DNA of 64,000 bases, taken from contig NZ_JALTON010000016.1 of the NCBI RefSeq assembly GCF_027000115.1, positions 2,118-66,117 of the forward strand. The letters are read 5' to 3'. A program made the translations under genes and the position numbers. Numbering within the stretch: the first letter of the stretch is position 1; each line of letters starts with the position of its first letter. The notes under the pieces are model-generated. The model saw only the letters and a program-made list of their open reading frames with translations. It was not told the origin of the DNA and did no database searches. Origin of the DNA: Thiohalobacter sp. (GTDB lineage Bacteria; Pseudomonadota; Gammaproteobacteria; Thiohalobacterales; Thiohalobacteraceae). Positions 52,858-62,274 of this stretch are shown here, piece by piece.

Positions 52858-53496
52858 ATGACCCCGCCCGATCCCCGCCTGCGCGGCCTCTATGCCATCA
52901 CCGATCCGGTCCTGCTGCCGGACGAACGCCTGCTGGCGGGCGTGGCCGCGGCCATCCGGGGCGGCGCGCGGCTGGTCCAGTATCGCGACAAGGGCAGGGA
53001 CCGCGACCGCCGCCTCGCTCAGGCGCGGGGGCTGGCACGACTCTGCAGCGAATCGGACGCCCTGCTGATCGTCAACGACGATCCCGAGCTGGCGGCCAAG
53101 GCCGGGGCCCATGGCGTGCACCTGGGGCGCGACGATGCCCCGGTCGCCGAGGCGCGCCGTCTGCTGGGCGAGTCGGCCATCATCGGCGTGTCCTGCTATG
53201 CCGACCCCGCGCGTGCAGAGCGGTTCGCGGCCGAGGCCGACTATCTCGCCTTCGGCCGTTTCTTTCCCTCGCGCACCAAGCCCGATGCCCTGCCGGCCGA
53301 CCCGGCGCTGCTCGGCGACGCGCGCCGCCTGGGGCGACCGCTGGCCGCCATCGGCGGCATCACCGCGGACAACGGGGCCGGGCTCATCGCTGCCGGCGCT
53401 GACATGCTGGCCGTCATTCACGGCGTCTTCGGCCAGCCGGACATCGAGGCCGCCGCACGCGCGCTGGCCGGCCTGTTTTCCCGGAACCGGGAATAG
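52858..53496 (+). CDS. thiE: thiamine-phosphate synthase
   Basis: Start at MTPPDPRLRGLYAITD (52858). ...LVQYRDKG...GAHGVHLG...GVSCY...IGGI. Confidence 0.88.
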   Translation: MTPPDPRLRGLYAITDPVLLPDERLLAGVAAAIRGGARLVQYRDKGRDRDRRLAQARGLARLCSESDALLIVNDDPELAAKAGAHGVHLGRDDAPVAEARRLLGESAIIGVSCYADPARAERFAAEADYLAFGRFFPSRTKPDALPADPALLGDARRLGRPLAAIGGITADNGAGLIAAGADMLAVIHGVFGQPDIEAAARALAGLFSRNRE

Positions 53497-53560
53497 CCCG
53501 GCGCCGCGCGCCTTGCCAACCCGGAATCCAGCCCGGAAAATGGCCCATCGGCTTCCGGCA

Positions 53561-53620
53561 CCTGACTGCCGAATCCCGACTTCTGGCTTCTGACTCCTGA
53601 CTTCCGCTCCTGACTTCCAA
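53561..53620 (+). repeat. short-period pyrimidine-rich leader block (CTGACTTC type) upstream of hemL
   Basis: cctgactgccgaatcccgacttctggcttctgactcctgacttccgctcctgacttccaa. Units of 7-8 nt repeat in series. Confidence 0.55.
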
Positions 53621-53634
53621 CCCCGAGGTACCCC

Positions 53635-54918
53635 ATGACCCGATCCCATGACCTGTTCCAGCGTGCCCAGCGGCATATCCCCGGCGGCGTGAACTCCCCC
53701 GTGCGCGCCTTCAAGGGCGTGGGCGGCGAGCCGGTGTTCTTCGAGCGTGGCGAGGGGCCGTACCTGTATGATGCCGACGGCCGGCGTTACCTCGACTATG
53801 TCGCCTCCTGGGGACCGATGATCCTGGGCCATGCCCACCCGGATGTGTTGCGGGCGGTGCAGGAAACAGCGGCGCGCGGGCTGGGCTTCGGCGCGCCGAC
53901 GGAGATCGAGATCGAGATGGCCGACCTGCTCTGCGAGCGGGTGCCGTCGATGGACATGGTACGCATGGTCAGCTCGGGCACCGAGGCCACCATGAGCGCC
54001 ATCCGGCTGGCGCGCGGCTTCACCGGGCGGGACAAGATCGTCAAGTTCGAGGGCTGCTACCACGGCCATTCGGATTCCCTGCTGGTCAAGGCCGGCTCGG
54101 GCGCGCTCACCCTCGGCGTGCCGACCTCGCCGGGCGTGCCGGTGGCGCTGGCCGAACACACCATCACCCTGGAGTACAACAACCTCGACCAGGTGCGCGA
54201 GGCCTTCGCCCATGTCGGCGGCCAGATCGCCGCCGTCATCGTCGAGCCCGTGGCGGGCAACATGAACTGCGTGCCGCCCGCCCCGGGTTTTCTGGAAGGG
54301 CTGCGCGAGGTCTGCGATCAGTACGAATCCGTGCTCATCTTCGACGAGGTCATGACCGGCTTCCGCGTCGGGCCCTCGGGGGCGCAGGGCCTGTACGGCG
54401 TCACGCCCGACCTGACCACGCTGGGCAAGGTGGTCGGCGGCGGCCTGCCGGTCGGCGCCTTCGGCGGCAAGCGCGAGATCATGGAACAGATCGCGCCGCT
54501 CGGCCCCGTCTACCAGGCCGGCACCCTGTCGGGCAACCCGGTGGCCATGGCCGCCGGGCTGGCCACCCTGCGCGGCACCGAGACCCCCAACTTCTACGAG
54601 CTGCTCGCGGAAAAGACCCGTCGCCTGGCCGACGGCATCGTCGAGCGCGCCCGCGCCCATGGCATTGCCATGACCGCGAACAGCGTCGGCGGCATGTTCG
54701 GCCTGTTCTTCACCGACGCCGAGCGGGTGGAAAACTTCTACCAGGTCGGGCAGTGCGACCTGAACCGCTTCAGGCTGTTCTTCCACGAAATGCTCGAACG
54801 CGGCGTCTATCTCGCCCCCTCGGCCTACGAGGCCGGTTTCGTCTCCGCCGCCCATGACGACGCGGCCATCGACGAAACGCTCGCTGCCGCCGAGGCCGTG
54901 TTCGCCGGCATGAGTTGA
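53635..54918 (+). CDS. hemL: glutamate-1-semialdehyde 2,1-aminomutase
   Basis: 427 aa: ...[17 protein letters not shown]...[15 protein letters not shown]...FDEVMTGFR...[16 protein letters not shown]. Confidence 0.95.
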   Translation: MTRSHDLFQRAQRHIPGGVNSPVRAFKGVGGEPVFFERGEGPYLYDADGRRYLDYVASWGPMILGHAHPDVLRAVQETAARGLGFGAPTEIEIEMADLLCERVPSMDMVRMVSSGTEATMSAIRLARGFTGRDKIVKFEGCYHGHSDSLLVKAGSGALTLGVPTSPGVPVALAEHTITLEYNNLDQVREAFAHVGGQIAAVIVEPVAGNMNCVPPAPGFLEGLREVCDQYESVLIFDEVMTGFRVGPSGAQGLYGVTPDLTTLGKVVGGGLPVGAFGGKREIMEQIAPLGPVYQAGTLSGNPVAMAAGLATLRGTETPNFYELLAEKTRRLADGIVERARAHGIAMTANSVGGMFGLFFTDAERVENFYQVGQCDLNRFRLFFHEMLERGVYLAPSAYEAGFVSAAHDDAAIDETLAAAEAVFAGMS

Positions 54919-55079
54919 GGCCGCCCCGTACGCTGGGGCAGACGCGGCACTGGCGGATCTTCCCGGATCGCGGCACCTGAACGCAGAGCGCGGAGACCGC
55001 AGAGTTTTTGAAACGTGCTTTTCTCCGTGCCCCGGTTGCTCGCCGGACTCCGCGTTCCACCCGCCGCCATCAAAGCCTC

Positions 55080-55158
55080 GTAGCCCGGATGCAGCGCAAG
55101 CGGAATCCGGGAAGTCCTGTTACCCCGGATTCCGGCCTTCAGCCTGCATCCGGGCTAC
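55080..55158. repeat. complete palindromic REP element (GTAGCCCGGATGCAG ... CTGCATCCGGGCTAC)
   Basis: gtagcccggatgcagcgcaagcggaatccgggaagtcctgttaccccggattccggccttcagcctgcatccgggctac. Confidence 0.7.
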
Positions 55159-55199
55159 GCGCCCTCACCCATCACGCCTGACGCCCTTATAATCCCCCC

Positions 55200-57251
55200 A
55201 TGCTCAGCGCCCTGTCCCAGTTCTTCGGGCAACTCATGGACCAGACCGTGACCTGGATCCAGTTGCACCCGCACTGGGCGAACCTGGCCATCTTCGTCAC
55301 CGCGGCGCTGGAGTCACTGGCCATCGTCGGCCTGTTCCTGCCCGGCGCGGTCATCATGTTCGGCATCGGCGCCATCGTCGCCACCGGCGCGCTGGAGCTG
55401 GGTCCGACCCTGCTGTGGGCCGCGGCGGGCGCGGTGCTGGGCGACGGCGTGAGCTTCTGGCTGGGCCGGCACTATCACCAGCGGCTGCGGGTGATGTGGC
55501 CCTTCCGCCAGTATCCGCGGCTGGTCAATCACGGCGTGGACTTCTTCCACAAGCATGGCGGCAAAAGCGTGGTGCTGGCCCGCTTCGTGGGACCGGTCCG
55601 TCCCATCCTGCCGGCGGTGGCGGGCATGCTGAACATGCCGCCCTTGCGCTTCCTGACGGTCAACCTGCTGTCGGCATTGCTGTGGGCGCCGGCCTACATC
55701 CTGCCCGGCGTGGCCTTCGGGGCCTCGGTGGGGCTGGCGGCGGAGGTTGCGGGCCGGCTGGCGCTGCTGCTGATCCTGCTGCTGGGCCTGCTGTGGCTGA
55801 GCGGCTGGCTGACCTACCGCCTGGTGCGCTGGCTGTATCCCCATGCAAACCGCCTGCTCAATCGCATCCAGGCCTGGAGCCGCGGCCATCCGGTGATCGC
55901 GCCGCTGGCCGGCGCGCTGCTGGACCCCGATCATCCCGAGGCCCGCGGCCTGGCAGTACTGGCGATGCTGCTGGGCGTGGCCAGCCTGCTGTTCGCCACC
56001 CTGCTCACCGGCTTCCTCTCCGGCACCGATGCCCTGGTGCATGCGGCGATGATGGAGCTGCGCACGCCACTGGCCGACCGGCTCATGGTGCTGATCACGG
56101 AACTGGGCGACGCCACCGTGCTGCTGGGCGTGCTCGTCGGCACCTGCCTGTGGCTGCTGGCGGGCCGCCACTGGCGCGCGACGGTCCACTGGGTCGCGGC
56201 CTTCGCCGTGGCCGCCGTGCTCGTCCGGCTACTCAAGCTCTGGATACAGGCACCGCGGCCCATGGCGCTCTATGAAGGCATCAGCGCCTACGCCTTCCCG
56301 AGCAGCCACGCCACACTGGCCACCGTCTGCTACGGCTTCCTCGCCGTCATCGTGGCCCGCGAGCTGCGCGGCCCCTGGCGCTGGCTGCCCTATACCCTGG
56401 CCAGCCTGCTGGTCAGCCTGATCGCCTTCTCGCGCCTGTATCTCGGCGCCCACTGGCTGTCCGACGTGCTCGGCGGGCTGTCGCTGGGCCTGGCGACGGT
56501 GGCCCTGTTCGGCATCGCCTATCGTCGCCACCCGGCCGAGCCCCTGTCGCCGGCGGGCACCTCGGCCGTGTTCGCGATCCTGCTCGCCGGCATCACCGCC
56601 TTTTACGCCAGCCAGCGACTGGATACGGACCTCGCCCGCTACCAGCCGCAGACAGGGGTGGAACGCATGGCGGCGGCGACCTGGTGGGACATCGGCTGGG
56701 CCGCCCTGCCCGACCATCGCGCCGACATCGCCAACCGCCGTACCCAGCCCCTTAACCTGCAATACGCCGGCGAGCTGGCTGCGCTGGAGCGAGAACTGGC
56801 AACACGCGGCTGGGCCCGCCCGCCCGCACTGGACTGGCAGCGCGCCTTGCTGTGGTTGTCACCGCAGTCCGATCCCTCGAAGCTGCCTGTGCTGCCGCAG
56901 GTCCATGATGGCCACCACGAGTCGCTGCGCCTGATACGTCACCAGAACGGGCAACTGTTCGTGCTCCGGCTGTGGCCGTCGGACTTTGCGCTGTCGGGTC
57001 CGGACCGTCCCCTGTGGGTCGGCAGTTCGAGCGAACTGCGGCTGCGCGAGGGTCTGCTGCTGCGCTGGCTGGAAACGGCGCCGGACTTCGACACGCCGCT
57101 GGACCGGCTGCAGGCCGCCCTCGCCCCGCCGCTCGAATGGCGCGTTGTGCGTGCCCCGCCCGAGGCGCGGCACCCCGGCTGGAGCGGGCGGGTGCTGCTG
57201 GTGCGCGAAGGACAGGGCGCCGAGGATTTCGGGAACACTGAGCGCCACTGA
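55200..57251 (+). CDS. bifunctional DedA family / PAP2 phosphatase family membrane protein
   Basis: 683 aa. N-terminal DedA-like region (...GDGVSFWLGR...FVGPVRPILPAVAGM...). Central PAP2 motifs (KLWIQAPRP ... FPSSHATLA ... SRLYLGAHWLSDVLGG). Soluble C-terminal domain. Confidence 0.8.
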   Translation: MLSALSQFFGQLMDQTVTWIQLHPHWANLAIFVTAALESLAIVGLFLPGAVIMFGIGAIVATGALELGPTLLWAAAGAVLGDGVSFWLGRHYHQRLRVMWPFRQYPRLVNHGVDFFHKHGGKSVVLARFVGPVRPILPAVAGMLNMPPLRFLTVNLLSALLWAPAYILPGVAFGASVGLAAEVAGRLALLLILLLGLLWLSGWLTYRLVRWLYPHANRLLNRIQAWSRGHPVIAPLAGALLDPDHPEARGLAVLAMLLGVASLLFATLLTGFLSGTDALVHAAMMELRTPLADRLMVLITELGDATVLLGVLVGTCLWLLAGRHWRATVHWVAAFAVAAVLVRLLKLWIQAPRPMALYEGISAYAFPSSHATLATVCYGFLAVIVARELRGPWRWLPYTLASLLVSLIAFSRLYLGAHWLSDVLGGLSLGLATVALFGIAYRRHPAEPLSPAGTSAVFAILLAGITAFYASQRLDTDLARYQPQTGVERMAAATWWDIGWAALPDHRADIANRRTQPLNLQYAGELAALERELATRGWARPPALDWQRALLWLSPQSDPSKLPVLPQVHDGHHESLRLIRHQNGQLFVLRLWPSDFALSGPDRPLWVGSSSELRLREGLLLRWLETAPDFDTPLDRLQAALAPPLEWRVVRAPPEARHPGWSGRVLLVREGQGAEDFGNTERH

Positions 57252-57525
57252 AATCTATGGAAAGGGGGATATGTGATGGGCACGCTTCGCTTTGCCCATC
57301 CTACAAGAGACTGAGGCCGCGGAGGCACAGAGCAATCGCATGTTTGGTTGTGAAGGCCTCGGCGTGCTCTGCGTCGCCTGTCGGCTGTCCCTGTCGTGAT
57401 GGGCAAGTCGCTACGCGCCTTTGCCCATCCTACTGAAGCATCTCTTGTAGGATGGGCAAAGCGAAGCGTGCCCATCAATACACATCGTCCTTTCCGTGGA
57501 TTCAGTGTCTTCCGTGACGATCTTT
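57240..57525. mobile_element. MITE (about 285 bp), same family as 39511/42292; contains three core half-sites
   Basis: Left arm gagcgccactgaaatctatggaaaggg overlaps the stop of the DedA/PAP2 gene. Right arm cctttccgtggattcagtgtcttccgtgacgatcttt. Cores at 57284-57313, 57398-57433 and 57447-57476. Confidence 0.7.
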
Positions 57526-57532
57526 ACAACCT

Positions 57533-58174
57533 TCAGTCCAGCGGCCCGGTCTCGCCCCAGCGGCTGGAAAGGGTGTGCGGGACCTCGAGGTGGTCGAGGA
57601 TGCGGGCGACGATGAAGTCGACCAGGTCCTCAATGCCCTCGGGGCGGTGGTAGAAGCCGGGATTGGCGGCGAGCATGACCGCGCCCATGCGCGCGAGGCG
57701 CAGCATGTTCTCGAGATGGATTTCGGAGAAGGGCGTCTCGCGCGGCACCAGGATCAGTCGGCGACGTTCCTTGAGCACCACGTCGGCGGCACGCTCGATG
57801 AGGCTGCTGCTGGCACCGCAGGCGATGGCGGCCAGCGTGCCCATGGTGCAGGGGCAGACCACCATGGCGCGCGGGGCGCTGGAGCCGCTGGCCACGGGCG
57901 CTGTCCATTCCTTGCGTCCGAATACCCGGATCTGATCCTCGTCGGCGGCGAAATACTCGGTCAGAAAGCGCTGCATCTCGGCCGGCCGGCCCGGCAGCTT
58001 GATGTCTGTCTCCATGGCGATGACGATCTGCCCCGGCTCGGAGACCATGAGCTGTACCTGCTCGCCAGCCTCGACCAGGCATTCGAGCAGACGCAGGGCA
58101 TAGTGGGCACCCGAGGCACCGGTGATGGCGAGGGCGACGGGCTGGCGTGCATGTGTTCCCATGTAGACCCGCAT
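57533..58174 (-). CDS. ubiX: flavin prenyltransferase
   Basis: 213 aa: ...VALAITGASGAHYALRLLECL...CPCTMGTLAAIACG...ERRRLILVPRETP... Confidence 0.9.
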   Translation of the reverse strand: MRVYMGTHARQPVALAITGASGAHYALRLLECLVEAGEQVQLMVSEPGQIVIAMETDIKLPGRPAEMQRFLTEYFAADEDQIRVFGRKEWTAPVASGSSAPRAMVVCPCTMGTLAAIACGASSSLIERAADVVLKERRRLILVPRETPFSEIHLENMLRLARMGAVMLAANPGFYHRPEGIEDLVDFIVARILDHLEVPHTLSSRWGETGPLD

Positions 58175-58240
58175 GTTGCACCAGGGCGGCAGCCGGCAGT
58201 GTGCAGCTTCGCTCGTTGAAAGGCAACAAGGGGCGGCAAC

Positions 58241-59626
58241 TCACTCCGGACGGGATCCGCTCGTCGCCTCGCCCAGCGCCGCCAGCAGCCGCTCGTGGAT
58301 GCCGCCGAAGCCGCCGTTGCTCATGACCAGGATCACGTCGCCCGGACGGGCGGCGCGGGCGGCCTCGCGAACGATGGCGTCGATGTCGTCGTGGATGCGG
58401 GAGGGTGGGCGCAGCAGGCGCGTGGCCTCGGCCAGATCCCAGCCAAGTTCCGGCGGGCGGAAGAACCAGACGGCATCGGCCGCGTCCAGCGCCGGCGCCA
58501 GCCGGTCGCGGTGCACGCCCATGCGCATGGTGTTGGAACGGGGCTCGAGGATGGCGAGGATGCGGCCACCGTTCATGCGCCGGCGCAGCCCGGCGAGCGT
58601 GGTGGCGATGGCGGTCGGATGGTGGGCGAAGTCGTCGATAACGGTCACATCGCGCACCACGCCACGCACCTCCATGCGGCGCTTCACGCCGCGGAACGCA
58701 CCCAGCGCCTCGATCCCGGCCGCGGGCGGCACCCCGGCATGGCGCGCCGCGGCCAGCGCGGCGAGGGCGTTGTGCATGTTGTGCAGGCCGATCTGGTCCC
58801 ATTCGACCGTGCCCTGCGGCTCGCCCTCGAACAGCACCTCGAAACGATGGGCATCGGCCGCCAGCGGCCGCGCCTGCCACTGGGCCGGGAACTCGCCGAC
58901 GGAGACCGTTTCCGTTGGCGTCCAGCAGCCCATTTCCAGCACCTCGGCGAGGTTGCCGTCGTTGGCGTTCTCGATGATCAGGCCCTTGCCCGGCACGGTG
59001 CGGATCAGGTGATGGAACTGGCGCTGGATGGCCTCGAGGTTGGGGAAGATGTCGGCGTGATCGAACTCCAGGTTGTTGAGTACCAGCGTGCGCGGCCGGT
59101 AGTGCACGAACTTGGAGCGCTTGTCGAAGAAGGCGGTGTCGTACTCGTCGGCCTCGACCACGAAGAAGGGCGCCTTGCCCAGCCGCGCACTCACCCCGAA
59201 GTTGGCCGGCACGCCGCCGATCAGGAAACCCGGGGACAGGCCGGCATGCTCCAGTATCCAGGCCAGCATGCTGGCGGTGGAAGTCTTGCCATGGGTGCCG
59301 GCAACGGCCAGCACCCAGCGGTCGCGCAGGATGTGCCGCGCCAGCCACTCCGGCCCCGAGGTGTAGGGCAGCCCGCGGTCGAGCACGGCCTCGACCTCGG
59401 GGTTGCCGCGCGACAGGGCATTGCCGATCACCACCTCGTCGACCCTCTCCGGCAGGTTGTCGGCGGCGTAGCCTTCCTTCAGCGCAATACCCTGTTCGGC
59501 GAGCTGCGTGCTCATGGGCGGATAGACGCCGGCGTCGGAACCGCTGACATCGATGCCCGCCTCGCGCGCCAGCAGGGCGATGCCGCCCATGAAGGTGCCA
59601 CAGATGCCCAGGATGTGAATGTTCAA
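58241..59626 (-). CDS. mpl: UDP-N-acetylmuramate:L-alanyl-gamma-D-glutamyl-meso-diaminopimelate ligase
   Basis: 461 aa: MNIHILGICGTFMGGIALLAREAG...AVAGTHGKTSTASMLAWIL...EADEYDTAFFDKRSKF. Confidence 0.92.
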   Translation of the reverse strand: MNIHILGICGTFMGGIALLAREAGIDVSGSDAGVYPPMSTQLAEQGIALKEGYAADNLPERVDEVVIGNALSRGNPEVEAVLDRGLPYTSGPEWLARHILRDRWVLAVAGTHGKTSTASMLAWILEHAGLSPGFLIGGVPANFGVSARLGKAPFFVVEADEYDTAFFDKRSKFVHYRPRTLVLNNLEFDHADIFPNLEAIQRQFHHLIRTVPGKGLIIENANDGNLAEVLEMGCWTPTETVSVGEFPAQWQARPLAADAHRFEVLFEGEPQGTVEWDQIGLHNMHNALAALAAARHAGVPPAAGIEALGAFRGVKRRMEVRGVVRDVTVIDDFAHHPTAIATTLAGLRRRMNGGRILAILEPRSNTMRMGVHRDRLAPALDAADAVWFFRPPELGWDLAEATRLLRPPSRIHDDIDAIVREAARAARPGDVILVMSNGGFGGIHERLLAALGEATSGSRPE

Positions 59627-59637
59627 TTCATGTCACC

Positions 59638-60150
59638 TCAGGAGACCGGAAGGGGAAACACCGCCTGTACCAGGATCTGTGATATCAGGAAATAGGCCAC
59701 GCTGATGCCCAGCCCCGCCATCAGCGAGATCTCCAGCGCATGGCGCAACACATGCCCAAGAATGGCCAGACTCCAGCCCAGCAGCACCAGCAGGCCGAGC
59801 AGCGCACCGCCGCCCTCGCCCTCGGCGGCCCGATTGACCGCAAACAGCAGCGGCAGCGCCAGCAGCCCGATCAGCGCCCAACTTCCGGTCACTGCCGTCA
59901 GGGCCTTGGTCAGCCGCTCGCGGTGTCCGCCGATGCCCAGCACCAGCTGCAGCGTGGCGGCCAGCAGCAGGGTGTCGAGCAGGCTGGCACCGAGCGCACG
60001 CCAGTCACCGAAGTAGCTCAGCCCGGAGACCACGCCCACCGTGGCATAGGCCGCGACGCTCAGCCACATCAGCGCCGTCGAGTGCGGCAGCCGCTGCGGG
60101 CCCGCGCGCAGCAGGCAGATGTCGATGAAGATGCGGATCAGGGCGTTCAT
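59638..60150 (-). CDS. integral membrane protein of unknown function
   Basis: 170 aa with about five hydrophobic helices. No family recognised. Confidence 0.55.
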   Translation of the reverse strand: MNALIRIFIDICLLRAGPQRLPHSTALMWLSVAAYATVGVVSGLSYFGDWRALGASLLDTLLLAATLQLVLGIGGHRERLTKALTAVTGSWALIGLLALPLLFAVNRAAEGEGGGALLGLLVLLGWSLAILGHVLRHALEISLMAGLGISVAYFLISQILVQAVFPLPVS

Positions 60151-60231
60151 GCAGTGCTCCGTTGGCTTGCGTCCATTCTACCCGACCGTCGCAGCCTTGC
60201 ACCGGCGCGGTCCGCCGGGTAGCGTGGCGCC

Positions 60232-61362
60232 ATGGCCGGGACCGACAACGGGGACTTCGGGTGCTGGCGCGACGGCAACCGCTTCGAACTGCTGGTCGAT
60301 GGCGGCGTCTTTCTGCCCGCAATGCTGGACGCCATCGGCCAGGCGCGGCAACGCATCCTGCTGGAACTCTACCTCATGGAGAGCGGCCGCACCGCGGACC
60401 GCTTCATCGAGGCCCTGACCACGGCGGCCCGACGCGGCGTGGCCGTTCATCTGCTGCTCGACGATTTCGGCAGCCACGGGCTGCGCACAGCCGACCGGCA
60501 GCGGCTGGTCGACGCCGGCGTGGAACTCTGCTTCTACAACCCCATTCGCCCGGGCAAGCGCCGTCGCAACCTGTTCCGGGATCACCGCAAGCTGCTGCTG
60601 ATCGACAACCACACCGCCTTCACCGGCGGTTTCGGCATCACCGACGAATTCAACCCGGAGACTTCACCCGCACCCTGGCGGGAAACGGCGGTGCGCATCG
60701 AAGGCGAGGTGCTGCACGACTGGCAACAGGTGTTCCTGCGCAACCACGCGCGCTGGTCGCAACGGCCACTGGCGCTGCTGCCGGCAACCCCGCGGGGCGA
60801 CATGCGCGGCCGGGTGGCCGAATCGGTCAGCCTGCAGCGCTCCGCGATCAGGCGCCACCTGCGCCGCTCGATTCGCCGTGCCCGGCGCCGTGTCTGGATT
60901 GCCACGGCCTATTTCATCCCCAGCCGTCGTCTGCGACGGGCGCTGGCACACGCCGCGCGGCGCGGGCTCGACGTGCGGCTGCTGCTGCCCGGGCCGCTGA
61001 CCGACCATCCGGCCGTACGCCACGCCGGCCGCCGCTTCTATACGCGGCTGCTGCGCGCCGGGGTGCGCATCCACGAATACCAGCCGCGCTTCACCCACCA
61101 GAAGGTCGCACTCTGCGACGACTGGGTGGTGATCGGTTCCAGCAACCTGGACCGCTGGAACCTGCGCTGGAATCTCGAAGCCAGCCAGGAAATCCTCGAT
61201 GCCGGTTTCGCCAGCCAGGTCGCCGACATGTTCGAGCACGACCTCGCCGAGTCACGGGAAATCCTGCTGGAACGCTGGCTGGCCCGGCCGGCGCATGAAC
61301 GCTTCGCCGAATGGTTCTTCGGCAGCCTCGACCTGCTCTCGGAACGCTGGCTGGGGCGCTGA
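60232..61362 (+). CDS. phospholipase D family protein (cardiolipin synthase ClsB-like)
   Basis: 376 aa with two HKD motifs: DHRKLLLIDNHTAFTGGFGI and THQKVALCDDWVVIGSSNLD. Confidence 0.82.
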   Translation: MAGTDNGDFGCWRDGNRFELLVDGGVFLPAMLDAIGQARQRILLELYLMESGRTADRFIEALTTAARRGVAVHLLLDDFGSHGLRTADRQRLVDAGVELCFYNPIRPGKRRRNLFRDHRKLLLIDNHTAFTGGFGITDEFNPETSPAPWRETAVRIEGEVLHDWQQVFLRNHARWSQRPLALLPATPRGDMRGRVAESVSLQRSAIRRHLRRSIRRARRRVWIATAYFIPSRRLRRALAHAARRGLDVRLLLPGPLTDHPAVRHAGRRFYTRLLRAGVRIHEYQPRFTHQKVALCDDWVVIGSSNLDRWNLRWNLEASQEILDAGFASQVADMFEHDLAESREILLERWLARPAHERFAEWFFGSLDLLSERWLGR

Positions 61363-61374
61363 GGGGGCAAGGAC

Positions 61375-61648
61375 AGAACGCCACGGAATCCACCGAACCC
61401 GCGGAAAGGATCATTGCAGTTCCGGCAGGATAGGCAGAGTCGCGTGGCAACGCCCCTATCACCACGGGGACAACCGGCAGTTCCAGTAGGATGGGCAAAG
61501 TCGCGTAGCGACGTGCCCATCAGGTTTTTACCACCGATGTGATGGGCGCGGCCCTGCAGCCCGCAGGAATGCAGAGGCCGCAGAGACGCATACGTCGTCT
61601 CCCGGCTCTTCCTCCGGTGATGGGCACGCTTCGCTTTGCCCATCCTAC
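61375..61648. mobile_element. degenerate MITE of the same family (left arm and two core half-sites; right arm not recognisable)
   Basis: Arm agaacgccacggaatccaccgaacccgcggaaagga. Cores: gtaggatgggcaaagtcgcgtagcgacgtgcccatc (61486-61521) and gatgggcacgcttcgctttgcccatcctac (61618-61648). Confidence 0.6.
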
Positions 61649-62265
61649 GGGACGCTCTTGGTGGCAGTGCGGTCGGGTCGGAGCCAGAGGAACAGGCCGA
61701 GCGAGAAGACGGCACCGAGGGTATCGGCCAGCATGTCCTTCTGCGCGTCCCATTCGTCGCCCTGCGAACCCAGAAAGGCGGCGCCGGCATCGCCGCCCTC
61801 GGCGACGGCATACCACCATTCGATGATCTCGTAGCCGGCGGCGACGCTCATGATGGCGAAGAGCGCAAACAGCAGCGCCAGCCCGGTACCGCAATGCCGT
61901 CGGCGGGTCAGCCACTCGGCAATGGCAAAGGCGTAGAAGCCGACCGAAAAATGCCCGATGCGATCGAACTGGTTGCGCTCGGAGCCGATCAGTTCGTTGA
62001 ACCAGTCGAAGGGCACCTCGGCGAAGGTGTAGTGGGCGCCAATCGTGTGCCAACAGAGCCAGACCGACATCAGCAGCAGGGCGGCATTCGAGAACCGGAA
62101 ACGCCGATACAGCCAGGCCAGCACCGCGAACACCAGCACCAGCGGCAGGGCCTCGGCGATCCAGACGGCGCGGGAATGGGGCTCGATCGCGGACCAGATG
62201 AACAGGGCAACGAACATGGCCGCCAGCAGCGCGGCCAGTGACGGACTCGAGCGGGTCAGGAACAC
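61645..62265 (-). CDS. DUF2238 (YjdF-like) inner membrane protein
   Basis: 206 aa and polytopic: ...CWHTIGAHYTFAEVPFDWFN...RNQFDRIGHFSVGFYAFAIAE...GSQGDEWDAQKDMLADTLGA. Confidence 0.7.
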   Translation of the reverse strand: MFLTRSSPSLAALLAAMFVALFIWSAIEPHSRAVWIAEALPLVLVFAVLAWLYRRFRFSNAALLLMSVWLCWHTIGAHYTFAEVPFDWFNELIGSERNQFDRIGHFSVGFYAFAIAEWLTRRRHCGTGLALLFALFAIMSVAAGYEIIEWWYAVAEGGDAGAAFLGSQGDEWDAQKDMLADTLGAVFSLGLFLWLRPDRTATKSVP

Positions 62266-62274
62266 GGCCGACCG

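Noticed and set aside
55200-57251. DedA-PAP2 fusion as a novel architecture.
   Set aside because: To my knowledge this bifunctional DedA/PAP2 arrangement is already a recognised and widespread protein architecture. It is noted as a feature only.
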